A stretch of DNA of 63,973 nucleotides, counting the filler, from Intoshia linei (lineage: Eukaryota; Animalia; Orthonectida), in the NCBI GenBank assembly GCA_001642005.1. It is 4 parts of 4 records of this genome, joined end to end, with 100 filler letters (N's around TTAATTAATTAA, not from the genome) between each part and the next. Parts side by side here need not be neighbours in the genome. Positions count along the whole stretch, not along the records: positions 20,677 to 40,207 come from LWCA01000724.1; positions 40,308 to 49,078 come from LWCA01001421.1; 2 more parts are not named here. One strand, given 5' to 3'. The notes below the pieces were generated by a model that saw only the letters and a list, made by a program, of their open reading frames with translations, had not been told where the DNA came from and searched no databases. Position 1 is the first letter of the stretch; each line of letters begins with the position of its first letter. Position numbers and translations under genes: made by a program. This document shows, piece by piece, positions 27,542 to 42,916 of this stretch.

Positions 27542-28420
27542 CCCTACATAATACCAATTATTATAATTGTTGGTGTATCAATTATGTTATACGTTGTAGT
27601 TTACAATCAATTTCGAAAATATTTTTAATTTTTAAATTTACAACCTAAAATATAATTATATTTTAGAAAATTAATAATTATTGATAAACACACTTTATTA
27701 TTTCGAAAATGATTGTATTATAATTTATAAATAAAAAATTTTATTAATGGAAAAAAAATTCAAGTGGATCGGAAGTTGCTCATACACCACCCTCATTTAT
27801 AGTTACAAAAAAAAAAGTAAAAAAATATAGTATGTAAAATAATAGTAATACTATATATAATATTCTAATGTACAAGTTATTTATTATTTAGTGTAAATTT
27901 ATAAATGTAAAATGAAATGTATGATTAAATAAAATTACTTACTATATATTACACATTGTAATTTCTTAATAAATGTATGTTGCAGCGGTTAGTTTCAGCA
28001 GTTATGACATTCCTGGCGTTGGTACTTTGATTCCAAAAGAATACGTAATTTTGAAATTATACGAGATTATTATTCAACAGGTTACAGGTCAATGAAATTA
28101 TGAAAACCAATCGTTGAGCGATGAGTACTACTCATTAATTGATTACCCAGAAATGAAATAACATAATAACTGCTGCAATATTATAAATATATCATGTAAA
28201 ATTAGTATAATTTTTACAATATTCTAAATTTCGTTGATATCATAATAAGCTACATACAAGTTCAATATAATCATACACAGTTTTCAGTCTCTTCATTTAC
28301 AACTAAAGTCAAGTAACTCTCAAACTGTATGCACTCAAAAATAATTATCGAGAAATTTAAAATATTCAAATTTTTCAGAGTACTTGTATTGTCATTTTTT
28401 TAAATATATATGTAGTTGAA

Positions 28421-28848
28421 TTGGGGTATGCAACCTTGAAAGTTTGGCCTCGTTTTTAAAAATTTACACATGCTACATTTCAATTTTAACTTAACAGAAA
28501 CGGTTCAAGTATATTCAAAATAATAAAATCCAGAGATTTGAAAATTGATTATTAAAATGATTATAATGAGCCAATTCTACAGGGTTGTGCACTGATATAA
28601 ACACTAGTGTGCATTCATATACGGACCATTTTATAACATTACATAATGCCGTGCAATACAATTACAAGTTAAAATGGTGCATTTCACACTAGTGTTTATA
28701 TAGATGTACATTGTACAATAGTGTTTATATCAGTGCACAACTCTGTAATAAAAATTTTTTAAAACAATGTATTATTTGAAAAATTTAAAAATAAATAATA
28801 TGCATATTTACTTAAATTATTCTGTGGGTCACTGGTTGCCGACCACTG
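28421..28848. mobile_element. hAT MITE (17669 family) carrying a nested TA-targeting MITE
   Basis: Right end GGTTGCCGACCACTG. The shared internal block is interrupted at 28580-28745. Confidence 0.65.
28580..28745. mobile_element. Tc1/mariner-type MITE (TA TSD)
   Basis: TA|CAGGGTTGTGCACTGATATAAACACTA ... TAGTGTTTATATCAGTGCACAACTCTG|TA. Confidence 0.85.
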
Positions 28849-29545
28849 GTTTAAATAGTAATATATTAATAATAAATTATAAATAATGCACTGCACATTT
28901 AATTAACTATAAATTACCATAAAGATCTAAATCTAGATCTAAGATTATAAATAAGAATAGACCACATATTTTGAGTGGGTCTCCACATTATTTTATAAAA
29001 TTTTGCATAATCTACAGAAGGGGTCGTAAAGTTATTAAGTTGCGACCCTAATAATTTCTTAGGAAATTAAATCAGAATCCAAATACATTCGATGAATGGT
29101 CGTTAAACTTTTTTTTCGGTCCCACCTCTGCAACATTATTAAAACTTACGCCCTCCTTCGAAAAAATTTTTATAAAGTGTAAGATGTAATGTAATTTCAT
29201 TTTTTTTTTTGAATTCTAGAACTACAGATATTGCATATTTTATGTTTTACATGTTAATAATATTACCAAATAAAAAAACGAATACTAAAGAGCTTTTGAA
29301 TGGCTGTGAAGGATCATTTTGTGAAATTGAAATTTTACATGTAAGTTGATTGGAAATAACTGTATTATCTAAGATTTTTTTTTAATTCTGGGACTAAATT
29401 CATTTTTAAAAATAAAGGTAATTTGGGTTTTTTATAGCAAATTTTACGATAAAATAGAAATATCTAAAAACTGCCTTAGAAATTAGTTTTTTTAAATTAT
29501 AGGACTGTTGATTAATTTAATTAAATTTTAATTAAACGGTAACAC

Positions 29546-29849
29546 ACAAAGATCAATTTTATACATATACGACGTATATGTGTAAGTAAAAAGATAAAAT
29601 CTTTTTATTACCGACTATGCATATTACATAATAATATTGTATAATGATAATAAACATGAATTCATCGACATTACCTAATTTCGGGTAGTGCCGAACACAC
29701 CGTACGGCCAGACCACTTTCGAGGTGTCGGCGAAATTTTAGTAAAATGGGGTTAATTTGTCAAATTTTGAGTATTTAAAAAAAACGTAAAATTTAAGTCC
29801 GCACTTCAAAACCATAAAAGGTTGATAGGGACTATGTAGCATTACGCAT
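29546..29849 (+). repeat. 304-bp dispersed duplicate, copy 2 (SL-RNA-like core at ~29650-29770)
   Basis: Near-identical to 21166-21469. Confidence 0.9.
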
Positions 29850-31976
29850 CGTTTTCAAAAATTTATTCATGGTCCATTTTAAATTTTATGAGTGGCGTCG
29901 TTTATTTTAGGTCCTGTTCTTACCTTAAGATTCATGTAAAATGACATGACAAACAAACATTAATATTTCAATCTCAATTCCATGTTTATCTAAATACCGC
30001 CGTGTGGTTCTACATTTTATTAATTTCTTAATGAATCGTACATCAACCCTACCACCTTTTAAAATTAAAATGACCCCCTATAAAGAAAAAATACACATGT
30101 CAATTGAGTAAAAAGTCAAACTTTTTAAATTTAAGTTGAATTTAAAATAAGTACGTGTATAATATACATTGTGTATGAAGTACAAGAAGCACTTATAATT
30201 ATTTATACATTTTAAAATCAAAAATTACCTTTATTTGCTAGATGACATGAAATAGAGCAAAATAGTAAAACGAGAATTTTAATCATTTGTATAACGTCAA
30301 TAAAATACTAGTGTTTATCAATCTAAAATCAAATTCAAGTTTATTATTTTCATTAATTTTTAAGCGTTTTAAAAGTTTCTTCACGTTAGGTTATTTATAT
30401 TCACTAAAAATTCGCATGTTACATTCAATTTGCAACATTTTTTCAAGTTAATAAAAATTTAATTGTTAATTTAATTTTTCGTTCTTTAAAAGGTTCGTAA
30501 TCTAGGAATTTTAACTATTAGGTAAAAAATGAAGATAAAATAAGATCCATTAGATTCTGAGGCAAGTTCAAAAAAATTTCGCTAATTACGCCGTGCTTAT
30601 AAAACTTACAGACACGTATCTAACTTTTCTTTGACCATTAGTTTTAAATTATGAACAACGTCGCGCAAATTTAGGGATAAATGAACTTTTAAATATCCAC
30701 ACTGTGTTAAAAATTGTTAGTACATTAATGTATACATTGTAGTTAGATTTTATAGTCTCGTTTTTAAATTTTAATTTTAATTTTAATTCAACAAATATCA
30801 CTTTGCTTCAATAATTCACGCTTGGTTTCATGAAAAATACAAGCTTAAAATGAAATATAAATGTAAATATGAATTGATGAAATAAAGTTAAAAGCCATTT
30901 GTTTAAAATGGAAAATTGTAAACAAAATTTGTTAAATTTACAAAAAAACATACTAGCAGCAGCAGATAAATGTGAAAATGACTATAGAAATGTACGGTTA
31001 CATAATTAAAACTAATCTAGAATAATGTAGTATAGTGACTCGTGGGCTCAGCCGAATCTACCATGTTCAAGGCCCGAAAATCAAATCATTAGACCCTACA
31101 ATTTTTTCGCCAACGATACATAAAGTCATATAGCCCCTAGCCGCCTCTGGCTTATACAGTTTAAACAAATATTTATGTTATTCAATTATTTATTTTTTTA
31201 AGTAATAATTTTGAAACAGGCCCTATTTTATAAAAATTTTGTCGATTCAATCCGATTCCCAGAAGGATTTATCTGGAACGATGGGTTTAGCTCTGCACAT
31301 AGCTAATTATCATAAGTTATCTATAAATTACATTATTCTCGCTACTTGGTCCACGCTATGACTGACATTTTGGTCATACATGTAGTGGAGAATTTATCTA
31401 TAAGGAAACAATAACCATTCAAACTATATGCATTTAAATTTTATTATAAAATTTTTCATTGCTTGGTTATAAGCTTCATATACCCTGTGAATAAATAGAC
31501 TTTTTCAAAAAATTGAAAGATATGATAGAAAATAATGTACTGGGAAATATTTTGACGCATAGCCAAAATTATTTATTTGGATGGTTTAATTAAGGTGAAA
31601 TTTTTGGGAGCTTATAACGACTGAATCTAATTATGGGTAAATAAGGTTTTTAATAAGGTTACAAATTGAATTTCATGGGCAGTATTCTTTCTATACTAAT
31701 AATGGTAGAATTTAAAAAAATCAGAAAAAACATGTTGGCATTATCATGGAAAGTAAAACACTTGGTTGGTTTAAATAGAATACTTTAGAATCTAATGTTT
31801 ACATATTTTAGTTTTGACTTTGACCTTTATCAGTAAGTTATTATTCAGCAAATTTTTTTTGATTAGATTAACAAGTAAAATAATAACAATTGTCGATTCC
31901 GCCTTTCAATTATTCATCAATTCAGGATATGCAGATCTCTATCAATATAACTACACACATACCATTTATATTTTAG

Positions 31977-35341
<3,365 letters not shown>

Positions 35342-35371
35342 AAGAATTTACATAAATTGGCAATTATGAAA

Positions 35372-38358
35372 TTAATTTTTTAATTTATTATATTTTTTTT
35401 CAATTATACAATTTTCCATTGGTAAAGTATCTCCCATTTTAGCATATCGAGAACATTGGAGTAATTTCCTAAATAAAACAATAATTTTCACATTATCGAT
35501 ATCGAAAACAAAAATACCTGTCATGTCTATTTTTTGTCAGAATGACACCTTGTAATTTTCCATTAGATGAGCAGCATTGGAAACAAGTTGTTTGTTTCTT
35601 TCGTTTTGCAGATAATGTTAATCTGGGAAGAGGAATATCTAATTTAATTTTACACAATATTTTTTGATAAGTGGTTCCTAATTGGGGATCCAAAACTATT
35701 CCTGGGGTCTAAAGAGGTCTGAGATTTAAATAAAATATAAAAAAAATTATCAATTTTTGTTTATTTTTACTATTTATTACAGATTTGCCAGATGCTGGGA
35801 AGTTATTCTAAAGCCTAGACGACCTGTAGATTATTATTTCAAAAAAATCCCACTTTTATCCCATTAATAAAATTTAATAAAAAATACAATTTTAAACTAT
35901 CATGGAAAAATCCCCTTCAAAAATTTTTTTGAAAAACACGATTTTATCAAATTTTACTAGAAAAACCTTTTATTCCAACCGGAAAATATAAATACAATTT
36001 TAGTAACGTTTAAGGGAAATATCCTATTTTTCCAATTTTTTTTGAAAAATCCGATCTTACCAAATATTATGAGCAACAACTTCTTAATCCAAAATACAAT
36101 TTTACCAACCCCTTATGGAAAATCCCCTATTGATATTATATTTCATATATTGGAATATGAAATATGCATCATTGGAAGAAACTCTTGTAGGCCATTTTTC
36201 AGTAGACCCTTTTTAAAATGTTTACTCTAATATTTAAACGTTATATTTTATTGCATATACATTTTTTAAACTTGTCATTGAGTTTTAAATTTAATTAATC
36301 ACAATGTATATTGCTGACCGTCGTAGAATAAAAAATTTAGTATAAGCACAAAAAAAATACGTTTAATTGGTCCTTTCCGAAAAACCATGTAGCTAGCAGT
36401 TTTATCATCATGTTTTTTTTGAAAATTGCTAAATTTGCTATTAAACCCGCAAATGTGTAATTTATTTCTGTCTAATTGTGGGCATTTTTGTTGATGTGGA
36501 CACTATTTTATTATAAAATAAAAATTAATTCTAAAATTACCGGGGCAAATATATGACCGTGTTCTTTTTGCATGACACTCTGAAATTAAATGTTTTAAAA
36601 TTAAAAATATACTAAATAATATGTACCCTCAGCATATATTCTCTAAACTCCAACATCATTTCAAACCCAGCTTTAGATCCATTTTCTATCAAAATCTGCA
36701 AATTATCAATAAATTAAAAATTTAATTTTTAAATTTAACTAAAAAATGTTCAGTAGTCTCCCAAAGTTTTCGAAGTTTGGTAAATTTGTCTTTATTTTCA
36801 ATATCACGACTTAAAGAAAAATTTGCGCAAACAATATCATATTTGCGAGTCTAGTAAAAAATGTAAAAAAAATAATAAAAATTACAGTTGATGGTAGATA
36901 TTTTCGACGATAGATATAATCAATATTTGCTTCATTGGATTCAGCTATTTATCAACATTGTAAATAAAATTAAATCATTATCAACCAATAAAAAAATAAA
37001 AATCAAATACGTTTCATCATGGTATAATACGTCACATCAGCCATATTCTTTGTCCCTTCAATACTGACAAATTCGGTAAATTGATCTGGCCAAACTTTAG
37101 TTGCAGCCCTATAATCATTATATTCAATAATTTTATAAATTACCAAATTGGGGTGTTTAGAACTGATTTAAAATCAAGAAATGTGATGGGTTTGAAATCC
37201 TTACACCTTAGTTTAATCTATAAAAAATCCATTAAATCAGACATTTCAGGAATAGCACATAATATCGTTATGGAAAGATGGTACATTTAAATGTAAAATT
37301 ATACTTCATTCAAAACGCGATACACAGAAGTATATTCATATTGAGCTCTATTGAAAGCATATTGAATAACATTATATTTTTTATCAAGATTGACCGGAAT
37401 ACATCGATTTAATGAGCTATTTAATCTACGTATAGTTTCACTTTTAAGAAAATTTTCATGTTTAATTTTTTCAGATTCATTAACAAATTTGACATGCTTG
37501 TATTTTTCTAATTTACAAAATGAAATAAAAATCATAGATTATATAGTATACCTTTTAATCGTAATTCAATACTTAATTTCATTTTCTGAAAAATGGTTTC
37601 ATCTGGTGGCATTCTATAATTCCATAGTTTATTGGAAAATTTTGTACAATCTCGTATTAATTGTTTGCGTGGATATTCTAGGAAATATTTTATAATCATT
37701 TGAATTATACAAATTAAATTAATCGAAATGATGTAACCACAAAAAAATATACAACAGGTAATATTAAATACACGATGAAGATTAGTGATTATCATGAATA
37801 AATAACTACGAATAAGACTAGATGGCGCAATATTTATACCAGGTAATGAATGTAGTAAATTACAGATTGTAGATAAGAATTTCAATTAAAAATGGCGCTT
37901 AGTTTATTAGGTAATTTTAATTTTATATTAACTTAATTATGTACTGTATTAGTACAATACAAGACCAATGTATAAATATAAATGTCATTTTTTTTCATAT
38001 TATAAAACCTTTCAAGATGTTTAAAAAATTAAATTCCATTTCTAAAGGTATATCAAGAGTTTTTTGTGAAAATTTTCCAGGATATTTTCGTAGATTAATA
38101 TCAATCAAATCATCTTGAATAGTATGGTTCAATTTCCAATTATGATTAAATGCTACAGTATGGTTCTAAAATAGAATCAGTTTTGCTTTTTTCATTAAAA
38201 TGTGATACTTTTAAATCTTTTAAATTGCTGGTCGATTTTCTGGGTACTATTGGAAAATATTCATTGAGTTTAACTTTATCAGATTTTTTAGTTTGTTTGA
38301 CAAGTTTATTAAATAATCTTGATTTAAGGCCCAAGTGTACGTTTTTTGCTTTTAACAT
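35372..38358 (-). CDS. METTL17: Mitoribosome small-subunit assembly factor METTL17/Rsm22 (methyltransferase-like, Fe-S)
   Basis: Basic presequence-like N-terminus MLKAKNVHLGLKSRLFNKL. The spliced translation includes YRVLNEIKLRCKDFKPITFLDF, YDIVCANFSL, LWETTEHFL/ILIENGSKAGF, GHIFAPCPHQQKCP, LPRLTL...FQCCSSNG and CSRYAKMGDTLP. Stop at 35374-35372. Confidence 0.88.
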
Positions 38359-38581
38359 AATTTTTATTTGTTATTCAGTATAAAGTTTAATTTATTTTTT
38401 GAAATTTTGATTTTAAAAATTTTTATAAATCAGGGACGAATCGTCCCGTACGATATATGGGATTAATTAACTTTATTTAATGCAATTTATTACATTGATG
38501 CAACATTATAAATTTAATTTATTAACGTGTAAATGTAAATTAAATTTTAATGCAACAATGTAGGTTATTGTGATTAAGCTA

Positions 38582-38928
38582 CTGTCTTTTATCGGTTATA
38601 AGCAGACCCCTAAAATAAAAATATTCAGTGAAATTTTTAACTAAATATAATTTCAATATAAGCAGTTTCTGCTTGTATTCGAAAGAAAGAACTTTAATCA
38701 AAAAATAGACAACATATCAATTTATTTTTAAAAAATAACTTCCTTCATACAATAGAATGTCTAATTTAAAAGTTTTCCTTTCACCATATAGTATATGACA
38801 TATACAATATGTTGTTTATGTTTTCATATTTTTCAAGGTCTGCTTAAAAGTCTGCTTGTTTTTGATTATAAGCATTTTTCCTTCTACTCTCAAATATAAG
38901 AAGACTTCTTATAATCGAGAAAAGACAG
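38582..38928. mobile_element. pogo/Tc2-like MITE (TA TSD)
   Basis: TA|CTGTCTTTTATCGGTTATAAG ... CTTATAATCGAGAAAAGACAG|TA. Confidence 0.75.
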
Positions 38929-39453
38929 TAGGTGTCATAGCTTTGTACTCTCGCATGTTATTTTTTACATTATTAGTTTAATTGTTTAGTTGGTTCAATA
39001 TTGCTTACCGTGTATTTTACAATATTTTAAATTTAAACTTTAAATTTATAAAATGACGTTAAAAATATATCCAATGTTTTACAAATTAACATTTACTTGA
39101 CATGCAATTGTTAATTATAAATTAAATAATGATTTCCAGTCAAATTAGGAAACATGATATACAAACATTGATTATACATTGAAATTATTAGACAAGCTTT
39201 GTCAGTAATACATCATCTTTTTAAAATGAATTTTTTTATTTGAAAGTTTTATTAAATTTTTATTTGATTTTATTAAAAACTACAGTATAACGATAGTATA
39301 TATTATATTAGTATATAGTTGCTGTTTGTACGTAGTACATAACAGTCAACTAGCTCTGCCGAGGGCGGAAATTTTTATTCTACCAAAAAAATAAATGAAA
39401 TAAGAAAATCTAACTTAAAAATGCTACTATTCATTATTATCAATCCTTTGAAG

Positions 39454-40108
39454 CAGCTATTCTCAACGGGGTCCATGAAAATTATATACATTTATTACAT
39501 AATATAGACATTTTCAGTAACATAAAGTCGTTTTTAAAACATAAAAGCTCAGAAATATTAATATAAAACGTGCAAATCATGTAAAAGTAAATTCTTTGGT
39601 ATTAAATAAATTACTTACAAGTGTAAAAACTTATTGGAAAACCTTCATTGTTCTATTTTAAGAGCAGCGGTTTTATTTAATTATTTTATTAAAATTTATG
39701 ACTGAGTCAAGTTTCTAGTCATAAAAAAAGCTTTAAATTTCAAATTGAAAATGGGACAAAATATCAGTTAATATTCATGATTCTATGAAACATCAACCAA
39801 GGGATATAAAATATTAATTTTTCACAGGGAAGATAGATAATATAGACTTTTTATTGATCTGATAAAATATGTATTAAACAATTAATAATGTACTGTAAAC
39901 AATACCTGAAAAAAAATGTTCAATTTTGGGAACATTGACGGGTTAAAGGTTAATATTAATAGTTCATCAAGTTTATCATCTCGCAAAAATAGAGTATTCC
40001 ATGTCTTTTGACCATCATTAATTTCATATAATGTAATGACTCATTAAAAATTGTTATTATTATTAATTTTTTTGGGGGTCCACAGCGAAAAAGGGTTGAG
40101 AATGCCTG
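39454..40108. mobile_element. hAT (Buster-like) MITE; a second hAT end starts directly after its TSD at 40117
   Basis: CAGCTATTCTCAAC / GTTGAGAATGCCTG; TSD CTTTGAAG / CTTTAAAG. Confidence 0.75.
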
Positions 40109-40207
40109 CTTTAAAGGAGTGGTTCTCAAACCTGTTTCACGTGGACCCGTCACATCACATTACCTTTTAATTTAAAGTGAATTATTCCACCTTAATTTTA
40201 TTTTGTT

Positions 40208-40307
40208 NNNNNNNNNNNNNNNNNNNNNNNNNNNNNNNNNNNNNNNNNNNNTTAATTAATTAANNNNNNNNNNNNNNNNNNNNNNNNNNNNNNNNNNNNN
40301 NNNNNNN
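40208..40307. other. Scaffold gap with TTAATTAATTAA linker
   Basis: N44-TTAATTAATTAA-N44. Confidence 0.98.
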
Positions 40308-40784
40308 GTCAAACCAGCTGACCGAAAAAGTTCTTTTGATGACGATAATGGTTTCTTTGCAAGTTCCAATGACAATCTTCGGTATCCTCGTGTAGTCAGT
40401 CCTTGGATACCGCCTTTAGGTTATCGCGCCCTTTTTTGTTCAGAGTTCAGAGTGTATTTCTTTATCGTCCTTACATTCCTTTCGATTTTTGACGCAATTT
40501 CGAGAAGACTATTAACTTCGCTCAAAAGTTTGGTAATTTTGGTTTTTTCGTGCTTTGTAAGGTTTTTTTTTTGTCCCATTATTTATTTACCTAATAATTT
40601 GGAACATCAATTAATTAAAAAAGTTAATTAATTACTGTTTCTTTGACGATACACAAAATTTAAAAAACTTTAATCTCGTAAAAAATATTATAAGTTTAAT
40701 TACTTAGCAAAAAAAATTATCAATGTAAACAGTAAACCATAGTGTTCGGCAAAAGTGACTTACTTAATAACTTGAAACGCAGTG
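40308..40784 (-). mobile_element. TRT/DD37E Tc1-like transposon, 5' half (defective)
   Basis: TIR TA|CACTGCGTTTCAAGTTATTAAG. ATG 40579 gives MGQKKNLTKHEKTKITKLL...RNVRTIKKY...KPLSSSKELF with an internal stop, then runs into the gap. Confidence 0.8.
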
Positions 40785-41634
40785 TATGTACATTCCATAA
40801 CGAAAATAACCAAAAAGTACATTTTATAAGTACACGTTACAACTTGCAAAGTTGTAAATTAATAATTTTAATAATAGTATTCTATAGTCTTATTTGCCAT
40901 ATATGACATTTTTACATTTTACGATTAATAACACTTTAGGGAGTAATCCATTAAATTCACAATTTTATATTCGTTTGAATAAATTTTATGTAAAATTATT
41001 TATCTTTATTTAGAAAGTGATCAATTTATAATACTAATTATAATAATACAGTGGTTTTTTATTTGATTAAAATGAAAAATTAATTTCTAGAATTAAAAGT
41101 AATTCACAGAGATTTTTTAATTTTTGGATGCTCCTGATAACATATTGAATATACATGTGACCAATTACAAAAAATATAGAAAAAATATAATATATAATAA
41201 ACACTTTTTAATCTTAAATCTTTAGTTTGTAATTAACTGATTAATATTAATAAATATATTATTTAATTATAATTATTGATGTATAAATCATATTATAAAT
41301 GATAATTTTTATTTTCTTTTTATGAATTTAAATTGCATTTATAAAGATTGTAAATTTTTAATACAAATGTATTGTAGGGGTGTGAGAAAATTTTAAAAAT
41401 TAAGTCCTGGATCGGTAAACGTTAAGTGATATATCAAAAATGACAAAAAAAAAATTATTTAAATTAGATAAAATTTGCGGAGACGTTTGTGATTTTAAAA
41501 ATCCCATACAAACATGTTCTAAAAAATTAAATAACTTTATTTAATGGAATGCTACCATCGAATGTGTTAGCTATGTTTTGAGTTGTCTTGTGTTGATCGT
41601 CATGTTTGGTTGTTCACTTTACATCTTTACATTT

Positions 41635-42408
41635 AAAAAAATTCCGAAGGGATGAATTATATAGATTTTCACACATATTTATTTATTGGAAATATGTAGA
41701 CGTACAATGCACATTTTTTAGAAATTGTAGGATCAACATTTACATTTTCAATTTTTATTTAATAATTAAACTATTTGAAAAATATTGGTTGATAATATAT
41801 TAAAAATTATTTTTCACCGAGAATGCGTAGATTTTTGGGGTTGAAATTTTATATTTATATCAACTGGAATAAGCTCTATCAGAATAATCTTTTTTAATTT
41901 TCGGACCTTTAATTATTTCACATGTTTTGTGAAATAAAATATTTCGGAAAAAAATATATGAATATTAAAATTCTTTTTTTGACGGTGAAGTCGTCATTTA
42001 TTCGGATTGAAATTTTTTGTGTGTGTTAACAGGATACAACTGTACCACTTGATTTTTTTAATTCTAAGGCTGTTTTCATTAAAAAAAGATATTAATTTTA
42101 GGTTTTGGCTCTGAAGATATACTTTTTTTAAATTGAAATTTATGATAATGTTTATGATTTTAAAATCCGTATCAGCGTATATATTTTTTTAAATTCTTCA
42201 ACTCGTTTTATTTTCAAAAAAAAAGACAATTGGGGTTTTTGACCCGTAAGATGTGAGTTTGGGATGTTGAAATATATTTTGCGAACACCCCCAGAAAAAC
42301 CTGTAATTGAAATGTGGACTTTATAAAATAATAAGACGGGTAGTTATTTAAATAAAGTGGAACATACAAACACAAACAAAAATATCGTAACATATTATAA
42401 AGTAAAGA
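41635..42408 (-). mobile_element. Helitron-like family copy
   Basis: Minus-strand 5' A|TCTTTACTTTATAATATGTTAC; long inverted homology to 13460-14240. Confidence 0.7.
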
Positions 42409-42700
42409 TTATCACAATTAGATGGTAATGGATTTTATATAAATATTCTCATTGTTGCATTCTAAATCAATATTCTTGACAGATAATACATTCAAAATTT
42501 CAGATGGTAAATTTTATTTTAAACCGAAAGGAATTATTGACATTGTTAAATTATAATTATAATTGCATGGTTAAAATTAAAATAAATGTTAAGTTGGTAA
42601 TTCCATTGATTTGTTTATATAATTCATGTTTAAACACATATTTGCAGACAGTATTAATTTAGATATTATTTCATATTACATATTGTATACTATCTTTTAA

Positions 42701-42916
42701 CCCTTTTACTGTCCAGTGAAATTTTATGTACTATCACCAGACGTCTGGAATTTATGTTTTAATTTAAACTTTTATTATTTTTAAATTACCTATGTGAAAA
42801 TGTACGAAAATATAAGAATCAAAATTTTTAAAATTATGCTGTGTATATGATAGAATACACAGACGTGTTAAGTGAAATTGCTGTGTATAGTATAGAATAC
42901 TCAGACAGTGAAAGGG
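42701..42916. mobile_element. piggyBac-type MITE
   Basis: TTAA|CCCTTTTACTGTC ... GACAGTGAAAGGG|TTAA, with an internal duplicated GCTGTGTATA..ATAGAATAC-CAGAC. Confidence 0.85.
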
